NCBI GenBank assembly: GCA_964016885.1
Contig: OZ024744.1
Span: 60,822,001 to 60,886,000 of the forward strand
Origin: Eledone cirrhosa
Lineage: Eukaryota
Length of the DNA: 64,000 nt
Direction: 5' to 3'
Every line of letters begins with the position of its first letter. The first letter of the stretch is position 1. The notes beneath the pieces were generated by a model, which worked only from the letters and a program-made list of their open reading frames with translations, was not told the DNA's origin and did no database searches. A program made the translations under genes and the position numbers. Positions 27,661 to 40,662 of this stretch are shown piece by piece.

Positions 27661-29162
27661 TATATATATATATGATGATGATGATGATGATATATATATA
27701 TGATGATGTACACCTCACATACATTCCAATTTTAGCATGGTTTCTACAGCTATAGATATACAAGTAGGTAGGTAAACATGCAGGTAGATTGATAAAGAGT
27801 TAGGTAGGAAGATAGATAGAGAGTCATAAGATAAAGATAGATATATAAACAGATGGATAGTGAGATAGACAGACAGAGAACTTGACAGACAGTTTTTACT
27901 GTTGAAAGATAGATACATAGGGAGCTGTTGTTCTATTTCTGATCATCGTCAACACTTAGAGAGAGAGAGAGCGAGAGAGAAAGGAAAATATCGACACACA
28001 TATAGCACAAATTATCAGAAAAATGTAGCAGAAAAAGGTATATGATTCATGTGTTTTATTATTATGATATACAAACCCACATGAATATAAAAAATTAAAA
28101 CTTCAAAAATCCTGCCAACTTCCATAACCCCACAAGGAACCCCTTGGACTACTGTGGGTTAGGGGAGGGGGGGATTTATTTATATTTGGTCTATTTTGGT
28201 TGAGAAGGACAGCTTCCATATATATTGAGTGGGGATTGGGGAAGAATGTCAGCCTGATTTAGTTTGACATGCCACTTGTATGTGGCATGTAGAAATTACA
28301 TTTTATAAATTTCTTTCAAGTTCAAAGAGTTAGAAATGTTGATTGGATGTTTTGCTCATTAGTCATTCACTCTTTCATTACAACATTTCTAATGAGGCTA
28401 GTGTGGAAAAATAGATGTTTAAATGATGATGATGATGATGATGCTGAAAGACATTCAAATATTAAAAAAAATTATCCAGAATTTAGAGAGGTTTAGTAAA
28501 ACAATTGATTTTGACATTATTAAGATGGTGTTTGGAATATAACTTAATACAAGGTTTTTACATAAAATTATGATGGATAAGATAAATAATTTTGTATTGT
28601 AGAACCTGTGGTTATGTTTGGAATATAACACAAGGTTGTGGCATACAATAATTATTTCTACTTTAGGCACAAGGCCAGCAATTACCCCAGTGCATTACTG
28701 GTACTTTATTTTATCGACCCCGTAAGGATGAAAGGCAAAGTTAACCTCGGCAGGATTTGAACTCAGAATAGCAAGGGCCGTAACTCTATGCGTCAAAGCA
28801 TGGCGTCCAACCCTCTACCGATACTGCCAATAATAATTATGGGAGATTTCAGGTGGTTTGGTATCAAACCAAAGATATTTTGCAGTAAATACTGATTTAT
28901 ATGATATACATGCTATATATATATAAAATTAGGTAGTAACATGAGCTCATGCCGTATTGGACTAAATAGAATTAGTCTGTTGGTTAGGAGTTAAAAAAAA
29001 CCCTCTGAATGGAAAAAAGAATGAGTATTGACGTACATGGGACATGAACACACATCCTTGGTTTGCTGGACCAATGTGTTACCATTACACCAATACACCC
29101 CCCATGCTTCCTTATATTCAATTAGAAGCTATATAACCATAACAGGTATATATATATATAAA

Positions 29163-29536
29163 TAGGGAGACACAAAAGGTTTGTTTAGAAACAGCTAGTG
29201 AATTTGAAAATTAGGTAGTACCATGTGGTCACACCGTATTTGACTAAATAGAATTAGTCTGTTGGTTGGGATTAAAAAACCCCTCTGAATGGAAAAAAGG
29301 ATGAATATTGACGTACATGGGACATGAACCCAGATCATTGGTTTGCCGGACCAATGCGTTACCATTACACCAACACACCATGCATCCTTCCATTCAATTA
29401 GAAGCTATATAACCATAGTATTTAAAAAAATCCCAACCAAAATTCTATGTAGTCAAATACAGCGTCAGCACTTGTTACTACCTAATTTTCAAATTCACTA
29501 GCTGTTTCTAAACAAAGCCTGCTTTGTGTCTCCCTA
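29163..29536. mobile_element. MITE-like element with ~110-bp imperfect TIRs enclosing a tRNA-like sequence; partial tandem copy at 28926-29141
   Basis: TAGGGAGACACAAA...TTTGTGTCTCCCTA termini in TA runs; tRNA-like fold at 29309-29379 on the minus strand. Confidence 0.75.
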
Positions 29537-29740
29537 TATATATATATTCAAATAAAATACAGAGTTATTAACTCATATTGATACCCTGCAATTAACAAGC
29601 TCAAAGTATAAAATTGTATATCTTATAAAATTGTATATCTTACTGTAGGTTTCAGGTTAAATATATAAAACAATTGTGGTATTCTCTACCCTTGTAATTT
29701 TAGACACGGAATTTACTGTGTTTATTTCTACATATATTAT

Positions 29741-29771
<31 letters not shown>

Positions 29772-29939
29772 GAAGTGTTTCCGTAGGAAAGGTAAAGGAA
29801 AAGAGAGTGCTCTACGTAGGCTACAGAGCTTTTTAGTTATGTAATAAACAACATAAGATAATTATTTCATTTACCAAAGGTTTCACGTGAAACCTTTGGA
29901 AAATGAAATAATTATCTTATGTTGTTTATTACATAACTA
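29772..29939. repeat. Palindrome formed from the 3' half of the 40.5-kb repeat family
   Basis: Arms 29834-29886 and 29887-29939 centred on TTTCACGTGAAA with one mismatch; the flank (GGTAAAGGAAA..GAGTGCTCTA) matches 40500-40610. Confidence 0.75.
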
Positions 29940-29945
29940 TATTTA

Positions 29946-30235
29946 TCATCATCATTCATCATTTCATTTTAGGTAGATGGATGCCCTTCCTAACACCAAC
30001 CTCATTTACAGCGAGTGCTGGGTGCTTTTTTTGCCGTGGCACCTCCACGACCACTTTGCAGTGGAATGATAGGGACCCCAGTCCCTATCATCTCATTTCT
30101 ACAGCTGAGTAAACTGGAGCAATGTGAAATAAAGTGTCTTGCTCAAGGAAACAACACATCACTTGGTCTGAGAATTGAACTCACAACCTTTCGATTGCAA
30201 GGCCAATGCTCTAACCACTAAGCCATGTACCTCCA
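29946..30235 (-). mobile_element. tRNA-derived SINE (tail partly deleted)
   Basis: Near-identical to 2250-2504. Confidence 0.9.
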
Positions 30236-30547
30236 TGTGCTACTAGGTATACTAGTAACTGTTTTCTGTTACTTGAGTTTAAGAGCTTAAATAACATGGA
30301 TCGAGGACTGTCTCAGCATACAGTGGTTTGTGACTCAACATATGGGTTACTGTAATAAGTTATTCTTAGGGTGATCCTTAGAAGGTTCCGTAATTAATAA
30401 TCAACAGAGTAATTACAATTAGATAAAGATTTTCATGGATACTCTGTTCACTGTACAAGGGGATTTATTTCATAACATTTACATGTTTCATTAATTATAT
30501 ATACACACATGCACACACACACACACACACATATACATATACATACA

Positions 30548-30893
30548 TGGAGGTACATGGCTTAGTGGTTAAAGCATTGGCCTTGCAATCGAAAGGTTGT
30601 GAGTTCAATTCTCAGACCGGGTGATGTGGTGTTTCCTTGAGCAAGACACTTTATTTCACATTGCTCCAGTTTACTCAGCTGTAGAAATGAGATGATAGGG
30701 ACTGGGGTCCATATCATTCCACTGTAAATTGGACGTGGAGGTGCCACGGCAAATAAAAAGCACCCAGCACTCACTGTAAATGAGGTTGGTGTTAGGAAGG
30801 GCATCCAGCTGTAGAAATCAAGCCAGAATCAGTTCCCGTCCCACCCTTGCAAGCAGGGAAAAAGCGGACGTAAAATGAAATGATGAAATGATG
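30548..30893 (+). mobile_element. tRNA-derived SINE (same family)
   Basis: A/B boxes, RTE-like tail. Confidence 0.9.
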
Positions 30894-32604
30894 ATACATG
30901 CACACACACACACATACATATACATACATGCATACACACACACACACACACATTTATATATGTATATATATACTCACATGCAACTCAATGTGAAACCTGC
31001 TTACCTGTCCTCCTTACAAACCTACACACTTGATACACCTCGCCTGCCCAACCCATGTATGAAAGCTGGATACACTCTACATCTGATCTCCCGCAATGCT
31101 GTCTCCCAGTTTATCCTGTAAGGTGATCATGCGGGTGACATGACTAAAAGCATCCAGTCCACCCTTTTCGATGGTTGTCTTGGTGCCACAATAAAAAGCA
31201 TCCAGTCCACACAGTAATGTGGTTGGTGTTAGGAATGGCATCCAGCTGTAGAAACCAAGCCAAAATACAGATCTGTATGGGCAAGTTGGTCTCCTTATCT
31301 GACTTGTCACATAAGATATCGACCCATCTAACCCACCAAGCATGGAAAAATAGATGTTAAATGATGATGATAACACACACAGACATAATGTAATTAGTAG
31401 AATACAAGATACAGAGTATAAAATAAATGAAAGCTAAAAGAAAAAAAAATAGAAGTGTAATATTGAAACCGATAATTAAAAACAGATTCATATAATAATG
31501 ACATATATATCATCATCATTGTTTAACATCTATTTTCCATGCTTGCATGGGTTGGTTATGCCATGATGCTAGACTAGTCAGGTGAATATGGCATGCTTAT
31601 ATACATGTTTTTGTTTTTTAGGGCTGAGTGTCCTTCCTAATCCCAACAACCACTTTACAGGATGGTCAAGGTACTTTTTGTTGTGGCACCAGGATGACCA
31701 CCCTTTAGCATTTAAACTGACTGTATCCAGTCAAAATTCTCTCACCTCTTTCTGTTCAAATAGGTTGTAACTGGCCGCTCATACTAATGTTAAGGTATTG
31801 TTCTCAAATAAATAACATCAAAATCTCATAGATTTGATATTATGTGAGATAATTATGTAAGGTAAAGCCTTTACCACAAAAATACAATAGTATATATAGA
31901 GTAATGCAAATGCTAAAGGGTTAAAGGGAGGACAGGGTACTTCTTTGTTGTGGTACCATGAGAATGACCTTAGAGGGTGGATTGGGTGCTTTTTGTTGTG
32001 GCATCAGCACTGTGGGAGAGCAGGTCTGGAGCGTGCCAGGCATTCCAAGCATGAGTTAGACAGAAAAGATGGGCTGTTATGCTCTGAAACTACGCCAAAT
32101 GTAGTTCATACGTTTCATTTTTGTTTTAGCATGGCTTCCCTAGCCAGATGCCTTTCTTAACCCTAACCAAGCATTCATTTTGTTGTAGAATATGGTCAGG
32201 CATATCTGACCTTACATATTGGCATGAGATCGATGGAAGGGCATTCATCTTTTCTATATTGGCATGTGTTTGGCTGGGATAAGAGGTGGATGAAGATAGG
32301 GGGTGGGCTGCCTTTCCATGCTGTCAACAGTTGGACAAAAGGATAGGAGGGCTGTCTCCCCATGTTGGCAAGAGTTGTTGGATACACAATGTGGAGTGAG
32401 GATTGAGCAAGTGAGTGGGGGAGGTCTAGGGTGGACACAGAGATGAAGAGGGATGGATGAGTGTTCAATTGGGGAGGTGTATGAGGGAGATTGGTGCAAA
32501 CTGTCTTTTCCATGTTTGTTTCATCCTGTATGTGTGGGAAGGTGGGGCTTCTACAGTATGACATATTGTAAGAGAACTTGATCATGCATCATCTTTCAGT
32601 AGTT

Positions 32605-33750
32605 TGTGTGAGGTCAGTTTTTACATCACCCAATCTTTCCTAGGTCTTCCTGTTCCATAGTTTCAATCAACTTTGAGTTCCCTGCACTTTTTTATGCAGC
32701 TGTAATCCTCTATCACATGTCCATACCATCACAGTCTCCTCTCCTACACATTGCGTCTAACCCCTCATATGTCCTTTTTCTCACTCAGTTCATTGACACT
32801 TCAACATTCCTGCATATCCATCGAAGCATGCAAGCTTCATTTCTTTCCAATCTTTGTAGGTCCTCTGCATACAGTACCCATGTCTCACTTCCAAGCAGCA
32901 TTGCTGTTCATACACAAGCATCATACAATCTGCTTTTCATTTTGATGGAAAAACCCTTTGTATTTAATAGCTCCTTGAATTTTTTCTATCTTGTTCACAT
33001 TCTTGCTACTGTACTTTCAGAACACCCACCTCCACTGCTAATTTAGTCGTCCAGGTAACAGGAGTTGTCAACTACCTCAAGGAGACTTCTGAGCATATGA
33101 TAGAAATTATTTCATGTGAGCTTTTTACTGCTTAGTGCTCATGTGCATCTACAACACTCAAAGCTCATGTTATTTGCTAGCCTGTCTGAGATCCTGCTAG
33201 ATCTCTTGTGTATCCATAGAATAGAATTTCTACCTAATGCTTTCCTGCTTTCTGAGCAAGTCTATTTACCTGAGGGATCAAGGACACATTTTCCTTTCTA
33301 TATACTATGACTTTGATCTTTGTCAAATTGACTTTAAGATATTTTGATTCCAATTTTTCCTTCTATAATTCTGCCAGATTCAGCTATAAGGACTAGATCA
33401 TCAGTATATAGAAGTTCTCAGGGGCAGCCAGTTTTAAACCCTCTATCATGGCCTGGAGGATGATAATAAACGAGAGAGAGCAGAGAACAGAGCTCCCCTT
33501 GCATGCTTAATTTCAAACAATATTACTGTTAAATTTAACCTTGCTGACTGCACTTTGTACATCGCTTGTACTGCTCTCATATGCCACTCATCTACCCTTG
33601 CTTTCTAAGAGCCCACCAGATTATGGAATGGGAAACTGTCAAATGTTTCCTCCAGAGAAAGAATGCCAAATAAAGGAGTTTACTTTTAGCTTGGTACTTC
33701 TGCAGTTACTTGACACTAATACGAACTGCATTCCATGTAGGTTAATTCAA
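32605..33750 (-). mobile_element. Degenerate RTE LINE fragment
   Basis: Reverse-complement similarity to LINE 9550-10800 (RT Y.DD region ~33400, WYGHV ~32720). Confidence 0.8.
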
Positions 33751-33762
33751 TCCCTATATATA

Positions 33763-34082
33763 TAGTGAACCCCCAGCATTCGTGGTCCTGGTCATTCATG
33801 GAATTTTTCCTCAGAACCTAACTAATAATTGTTTGGGGAAACCACCCCCTATTTGTGGAATCGTAAATAACTTTTATGGCTTTTTTCGTGGCAATATATA
33901 TTTTTTTCATGCTTTTTAACGCTAAATAACAGTATACCGTTATTAATTATTAATAACAGCTATATTTTACATTATGTTTTGACGTTTATAGGCATTTTTA
34001 TGGACCACGTCCAATATTTGCAGTTTTTCACTCTTTGCGGGTGATCTAGGAATGTAACCTGTGTATAACCGAGGGGCAACTG
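33763..34082. mobile_element. Tigger-like MITE
   Basis: TA|TAGTGAACCCCC...CGAGGGGCAACTG|TA. Confidence 0.5.
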
Positions 34083-34552
34083 TATATATATATCATAATC
34101 ATTTATTGTTTGCTCTTTCATGATGAGAGGAGTTAGATGGTTGCCACAGACCAAGTAAGTACTTAATCAGTCACTAACTTCCCAGATGGGTTAGTGGCTA
34201 CATCTCAGATATGTTCTAGTTTTGGAATGGCTTCTACAACCTATCATAAACTACTTTACAGATTGTACTGGGTGTATTTTATGTCATCAGCACTAAGGAA
34301 GTTGTCAGTTAGTGATTTGACTGAAGAGTTGTCCTTACCCTTTGGGAGATAGGGGGGGGGGGGAGGAGGATGACTTTTGTTAGCAGTAGCTGTACTGGCA
34401 GCCTAAACCTCTTCTACCCAGTTCTTACTCTGGCTACTAACCTTTCTGAGCATCTTCCCAAACTGCTGATTATGTCACTTAGGTATAAAAGCAATTTAAG
34501 GAACTGCCTGGGCAGTTAAGGTAATCTATTTCAAATATGCTCTAAATAGTTA

Positions 34553-35500
34553 TCATCATCATCATTTTTATGTCTGTTTTTTTCTATGCTTGCATGGGTT
34601 CAGCACAGCATCTCTCCACTCGCTGTGTTTCTTTGTCACCTTTGTGAGTCTCAGTGATTTAAGGTCAGCTCTCAATACCTCTGTCCAGGTTTTCTCAGTC
34701 TTCCTCTACTGGCATTTCCTGGTACTTCTTCATCCAGCGATCATCATTCGTGTGCATCACATGTCTGGTATCAATGCAGCCCCCCCCCCCCCCCCCCCCC
34801 GTCAGATTCCTCTTAAACCTAGTCTCTCCCTCAGTTCATCCCAGTTTTACCCTTCTCTCAGATTTACATTGCACATCCAACGAAGCATGGCTGCTTCATG
34901 TCTTCTGCAGTCACTGCCCATGTTTCACTACCATTCAGCATCTCACTTCACACACAGGCACCATACAGTCATCCTTTTGTAGGCAGGGAGAAATCTTTTG
35001 TAGTCAACAGTGTGTATAGCTCTCTAAACTTCTTCCATCCTATCCTTATTCTAGCTATTATACTCTCAGCTGTTAATTAGGTCACCAAGATAGCAGAAGC
35101 TGTCAACCACTTCTAGGGACCCTTCCAGTGACTGGAAAATGTTTATGTCACTGCCGCTCTTCCCTTTGATTACTCCTATGCATCTACCTACAAACTATTC
35201 CTTTCTTGTTAGTCTACCCGTTATCTCTTGTGTACCCAAGATTTACATTGTGTACACCGTATGGAGTTTATACCTACTCCTTTTCTACATAAGGAGAAGG
35301 CCACTTCCTTGAAGGGATTAAGGTCTTACCTTCTTTCCTACTCATTAGCACTTTAGTTTTGGCTAATTTTACTCTCAGACCTTATGATTCCAAATTCTGT
35401 TTCTTTAGTCAGAACTATAGAAACTAATTTTCTAGTTCTTTTATGAATTTAGCTATAAGACCAAATCATCTGTAAGTTCCCATGGACAGCCAATTTTAAA
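34553..35500 (-). mobile_element. Degenerate RTE LINE 3' fragment
   Basis: Reverse-complement similarity to 9890-10920 including the (ATG)n tail. Confidence 0.8.
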
Positions 35501-36559
35501 CATCCAGCCATAGAAACCAAGCCAAAATTAGTTCTGTCTGAGCAAGACACAGTCATTTGATCTGGTTGTCTCACAACAGGACAACTTTTCTAACCCATGC
35601 TAGTGTGGAAAAATGGACATTAAATGATGATGATGATATATATAAACTTTTCTATTGTTCATTATTGTACATGATTTGAGAGTAAATCATGCAACCAATA
35701 AAAACATAAAAAAATTAGTAGCTTCTTGTTCATTTGTACACTTCAAATCAATGAGACTGGGGAAAATCGTTTTCCTCACAATATCACATCATCACAACAA
35801 ACATCTACAGTAAGTGGTTTCATCAATCATGGCAAGCCATCATAGCAATTCTCTCATTTTACTGCGACATTCTTCACTCACTTGCCATAGATTCGACCAA
35901 CAAACCACTCAGTCAACTTCATCAACTCATCTCACAACTTCTACTACACTACCATAAATCAACTAACACCCACAAAAAACATCTACTCGCCCCCATGCTT
36001 GTTAAAAAGCAACTAGTGTCATGAAGGGCACCTTGTAGTAAAACATGGGCTCAAAAAACCCATCCAAGCCATGCTAGGATGAAAAGCTCAACATAAAATG
36101 GTGATTATATATATATACCATATACACTTGAATATAAGTTGAGGAACATGTGACCAAAAAAAAAAAAAAAAAATAATAATTTATGGTAGAAGGTGGGGAG
36201 TCAGCTTTGGGGTCAAATAATTTGATGATTTTCTTCAAATTCTATGTAAATAAGGTTTGGATTTTTGCCTATTTCTCAGATATAAAATAGTTGGGTCAAC
36301 TTATATTCAAGTTTATAGTTGTGTAAAGGATGCAACAATGTCAGTAATGTTTGTACCACTATAAAATGCGCATAGTACATTTTGTAAAGTGATCCAACTG
36401 TAGAAACCGTACAAAAACAGAAACAGTATACAAGACTTTAACATATATGCATATACACACACACACACATATAAACACCCGCATCATCATCATCATCAGG
36501 TTTAGCGTCCGTGTTCCACGCTTGCATATATATATACATATATATACCATATAAAAGAA

Positions 36560-37125
36560 CCGAGAGAGAAACTAGGCATAAGAGGAACCAGATGCAGTGT
36601 ACAGGAGAGGAGATTGTGCTGGTATGGACATGTGATGCATATGAATGATGAATGGATGACAGCTGTATAAAAAGGTGCACTTAAAGTCGATAGAAGCCTT
36701 GGAATAGGGAGACCCAGGAAGACTTGGTATGAGGTGATAAAAGCTGATCTTGTTCAATTGCACCTCTCAAAGGTGATGACACAGGACCGAGATCTGCTGA
36801 AGACCTGCCTTCCTATGGCCACGGCCTGAAACTGAAGCATATATACAGTATGCATAACCCCCACCCTCCCATGAGAACAGGCTGAACTATACATCTAGTG
36901 AAGCATCCACCCCACACTGTAAAGTGGTTGTGATGGCGACACAACAAAAAGTGCCCAGCCCACACTGTAAAGTGGTTGTGCAGGTGTAACAACAAAAAGC
37001 ACGCAGCCTACACTGTAAAGTGGTCGTGTAGGTGTCATGACAAAAAGCACCCAGTACTCACTGTAAATGAGGTTGGCATAAGGAAGGGTATCCAGCTGTA
37101 GAAACCAAGCCAAAATTAGTTCTGG
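36560..37125 (+). mobile_element. RTE 3' fragment plus ~46-bp tandem subrepeats and SINE-like body
   Basis: WYGHVM...GRPRKTW codons, then repeats of CACACTGTAAAGTGG..AAAAAGCACCCAG. Confidence 0.75.
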
Positions 37126-37129
37126 GTGA

Positions 37130-37850
37130 GTGAGACATGGTCTCCTAATGGACAGATTATATTGTTGCACAAGGAGAAATGTCATTGCCTACTGAAGAGC
37201 ATTACCAAGCCAGCGAAGATGCCTCATGAGAAGAGCTTGCTGGAGGAAGGAGATTTTGCAGCATGCACGATTGCAGAATTCGGGATTAATTGTTGCCTGC
37301 GAACACGAAGGATGCGGCATAAACAATGATGGTCAAACACTTTGAGTTTGCGCAGGTCCTCTGCTCTAAGTGGCCAGGTTTCGTAGCCGTATAGCAGAAT
37401 TGTTCGGACAAGGGCTTGTTAGATCCGAATTTTGGTGGTCAGTTTAATTTCATGTCTGCTCCACAGCTGAGCGTTACCGATGCGTGACTATAGAACCTAG
37501 ATTCTTAAAGTGATCAACCTCTTCAAGGGTTTCTCCGTCGAGGACAATCGTTTGTTTTTCAGGGGGTAAGAAACCTGCAGTCAGCAGCTTGGTCTTCTGT
37601 GAATTCACTAAGAACTGTAGCTTATCAATTGCCGACTGGATGTCTGTAAAGCTTTCTCCCAGAATCGCTATATCATCAGCATAGTCCAGGTCCGACAGCG
37701 CAAAATTACGGACCACTGTGACACCAGGAAAGTACATGAGCGCATGGGTGGTGATCCAATCAATAGAATAATTGAACAAGGTAGACAGAACACAGCCTTG
37801 AACACCAGAGCGGATGTCGAAGAACTGGGATTCTTGACCATGTGAATGCA
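37130..37850 (-). mobile_element. Fragment of a second RTE-like LINE family
   Basis: ORF 37474-37866 SGVQGCVLSTLFN...DLDYADDI...LEEVDHFKNLGS. Confidence 0.8.
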
Positions 37851-38103
37851 TTGTGTTCTTGAGCAAGACACTTTATTTCATGTTGCTCCTGCCAGGAATG
37901 GCGATCAGTAGATAGTATCAGCAATGGAAACACCAATGGAAACATTGTTTCCTTGGTCTGATTTTATGAGGTCCACCCCACTGAGCAAGCGAATGAGATT
38001 TGGGATCTTGTTGATCGATCAGAGCAGGTTATATATATATACACATACAAATTATTATAGTAAAACAAGGAACATCAAGGAAATTAATAAATTCATACTG
38101 TAC

Positions 38104-38147
38104 CTAGATTCTTTGGCTTCATAGTTGTATAATGCATTTGCTTCGAA
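38104..38147 (-). CDS. SH3RF1: POSH/SH3RF coding exon 2 (44-nt mini-exon), start of SH3 domain 1: FEANALYNYEAKES(R)
   Basis: Minus strand ttctttgttgcag|TTC GAA GCA AAT GCA TTA TAC AAC TAT GAA GCC AAA GAA TCT AG|gtacag. ALYNY SH3 motif; phase 0 in, phase 2 out, matching both neighbouring exons. Confidence 0.9.
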
Positions 38148-39149
38148 CTGCAACAAAGAATGAATATATTTGTATTATTGTGCGTATGAGTGTGTGTATG
38201 TGATTTATGGATTAGCTTTTATAAAGTTGAATATAGTTTAACTCTTAATATCTTGTAATGATTTTGCTATTTTAAATATTTACAAGTTGACAGACTTGTA
38301 AAAATTTGCAGTATCAGAGTAATTTAGTGGCCGAATTTTGAAAATCATGAAAATATGAAACCGGTAAAAATATTGCAAATAAAACTTCTTAAAGATTCCA
38401 ATTACATTTTCAACTTCTTTTTCATTTAATATATGTGTAAATGTAGTTGGCATTAGGAAAGGCATTCAGCCATAGAAGACAAGTAAGAAACAGTTCTGTA
38501 TGAACAAGACATGGTCACCTTTCTGACTTGTCTCACAGCCGGACAATCAGTCTAATCCATGCTAGCATGGAAAAATGGACATTAAATGATGATGATGATG
38601 ATGGTTATATATATATTTGATTTGACCTTTTCTCATCTAAAGTCTGTTGAGCCTGGAGGCTCATCAGGCAGGTGCTTATCCTGGATTCTGTACCATTAAG
38701 TGACTGAAAGTACAAAACTTCCCCCTGGACAGGACGCCAGTCCATTACAGGGTTAAACCCCCAGCTATTGCTGGTACTCATTTTCAGCTGAATATACTGG
38801 AACAATATAAAATGAAGTGTTTTGCTCAAGAACACAACATGCAACTCAGTCCTGGAATTTTGCTTCATTCCTTAAATTTGTTCGAGAATTGAAATTTAAA
38901 ACTCAGTCACTAAATTTCAAGTTTTAAGTCTCATTTGCACTAATGTATAATATATATATATAGGAAAAGTTCAAGACCCCAACGGCAGAGCTCAAGCCGT
39001 TTTGATGGCTATTTCTGGATTGTCTTTTTCTTATTACCCACTCTGGTCTTGAACTTTTTCCTATTACCCACTCTACTACCCTAAGTATTGAGTACTCTGG
39101 TGCGTTATGGTCCATCTGGTGCCACTTCCTTCGTTATATATATATATAT

Positions 39150-39927
39150 GCAAAAGGTTTTTCTCTCAAAATGAAAGGCTGACTGTATGATGCGTATATA
39201 CGAACAACAATGTTACATGGTAGTGAGACATGGGCGCTGTGTGTAGAAGACTTGCGTAAATTAGAAAGAAACGAAGCTTGCATGCTCTGATGGATGTGTA
39301 ATAGTAATATACGCGAACAGCAAAGCATAAACGAATTGAGAGAGAGACTGAGCATAGGAGGAATCAAATGCTGTGTGCAGGAGAGGAGGATGTGTTGGTA
39401 TGGACATGTGATGCGTATAAAGGATGACAGCTGCATAAAAAGGTGCAGAGCACTAGAAGTCGATGGAAACCGCGGAGTGGGGAGACCCAAGAAGACCTGA
39501 AATGAGGTGATAAAAGCAGACCTTACCCAATTACACCTCTCAAAGGCGATGACACACGACCGTGACCTCTGGCGTCACGCAGTAATACAGAAGACCCGAT
39601 CCCCACAGGTACAAGCCGAAGCTGAAGAATATAGACAATATGCCCCCATCCCCTCCCACTGCAAAGTGGTCATGGAGGTGTCATGACAAAAAAGCATTCA
39701 GCCCACACTGTAAAGTAGACGTGTAGGCGCCATGGAGAAAAAGCACCCAGCACACTGTAAATGAGGTTGGTGTTAGGAAGGGCATCCAGCTGTAAAAATC
39801 AAGCCAAAATCAGTTACCCGTATGGGCAAGACAAGGTCAGCCGACCGGACACTGCCCACAACAGGACAACCCACCTAACCCATGCTAGTGTGGAAGAATC
39901 GACGTAAAACAGTGATAATGATGATGA
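39150..39927 (+). mobile_element. RTE 3' fragment with SINE-like tail
   Basis: Closely similar to the reverse complement of 2703-3400. Confidence 0.85.
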
Positions 39928-40151
39928 TACACACACATGCTCCGTGTATCCAGTTTAAAAGACAGGCTGTATCCTCTATGTGTTATAAAAGGCAACTAAA
40001 AAGCTTGGTGATAGGAAAGGTTATAAAAACATTGCATCAAAAAGCTTCCCATGTGGCCTACATGGCTAGCTTTACTAAAACAAGGATAATGGGTGTAAAA
40101 TGGTCTCTGTTGTTGTGTAATATATATATATATATATATATTACACAACAA

Positions 40152-40470
40152 GGAGGCACATGGCTTAGTGGTTAGAGCATTGGCCTGGCAATCGAAAGGT
40201 TGTGAGTTCAATTCTCAGACCGGGTGATGTGTTGTTTCCTTGAGCAAGACACTTTATTTCACATTGCTCCAGTTTACTCAGCTGTAGAAATGAGATGATA
40301 GGGACTCCAGTCTCTATCATTCCACTGCAAAGTGGTCGTGGAGGTACCACGGCACTGTAAATGAGGTTGGTGTTAGGAGGGGCATCCAGCTGTAGAAATC
40401 AAACCAGAATCAGTTCCCGTCCCACCCTTGCAAGCAGGGAAAAAGCGGACGTAAAATGAAATGAAATGAT
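40152..40470 (+). mobile_element. tRNA-derived SINE (same family)
   Basis: A/B boxes, RTE-like tail. Confidence 0.9.
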
Positions 40471-40590
40471 ATATATATATGTGTGTGTGTATGTGTGTTA
40501 AGTATTTCTGTAGAAAAGGTAAAGGAAAGAAGAGTGCTCTATGTATTGTACAGAGCTATTTAATTACATAATAAACAATACAATATAATT

Positions 40591-40662
40591 ATTCCATCAC
40601 CAAAGGTTTCAAGAAACTAGACGATCTTTACAGAAACATCCAGCCTGTTCATCAGATGAAAT
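40591..40662 (-). ncRNA. Hammerhead motif with mutated cleavage triplet, within a repeat spanning ~40500-40700
   Basis: ATTTCAT-CTGATGA-ac-AGGCTGGATG...CGTCTAGTTT-ctt-GAA-ACC(ttt)GGT-G-ATGGAAT. Triplet is GUG; the related copy at ~29870 has GUA. Confidence 0.6.
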
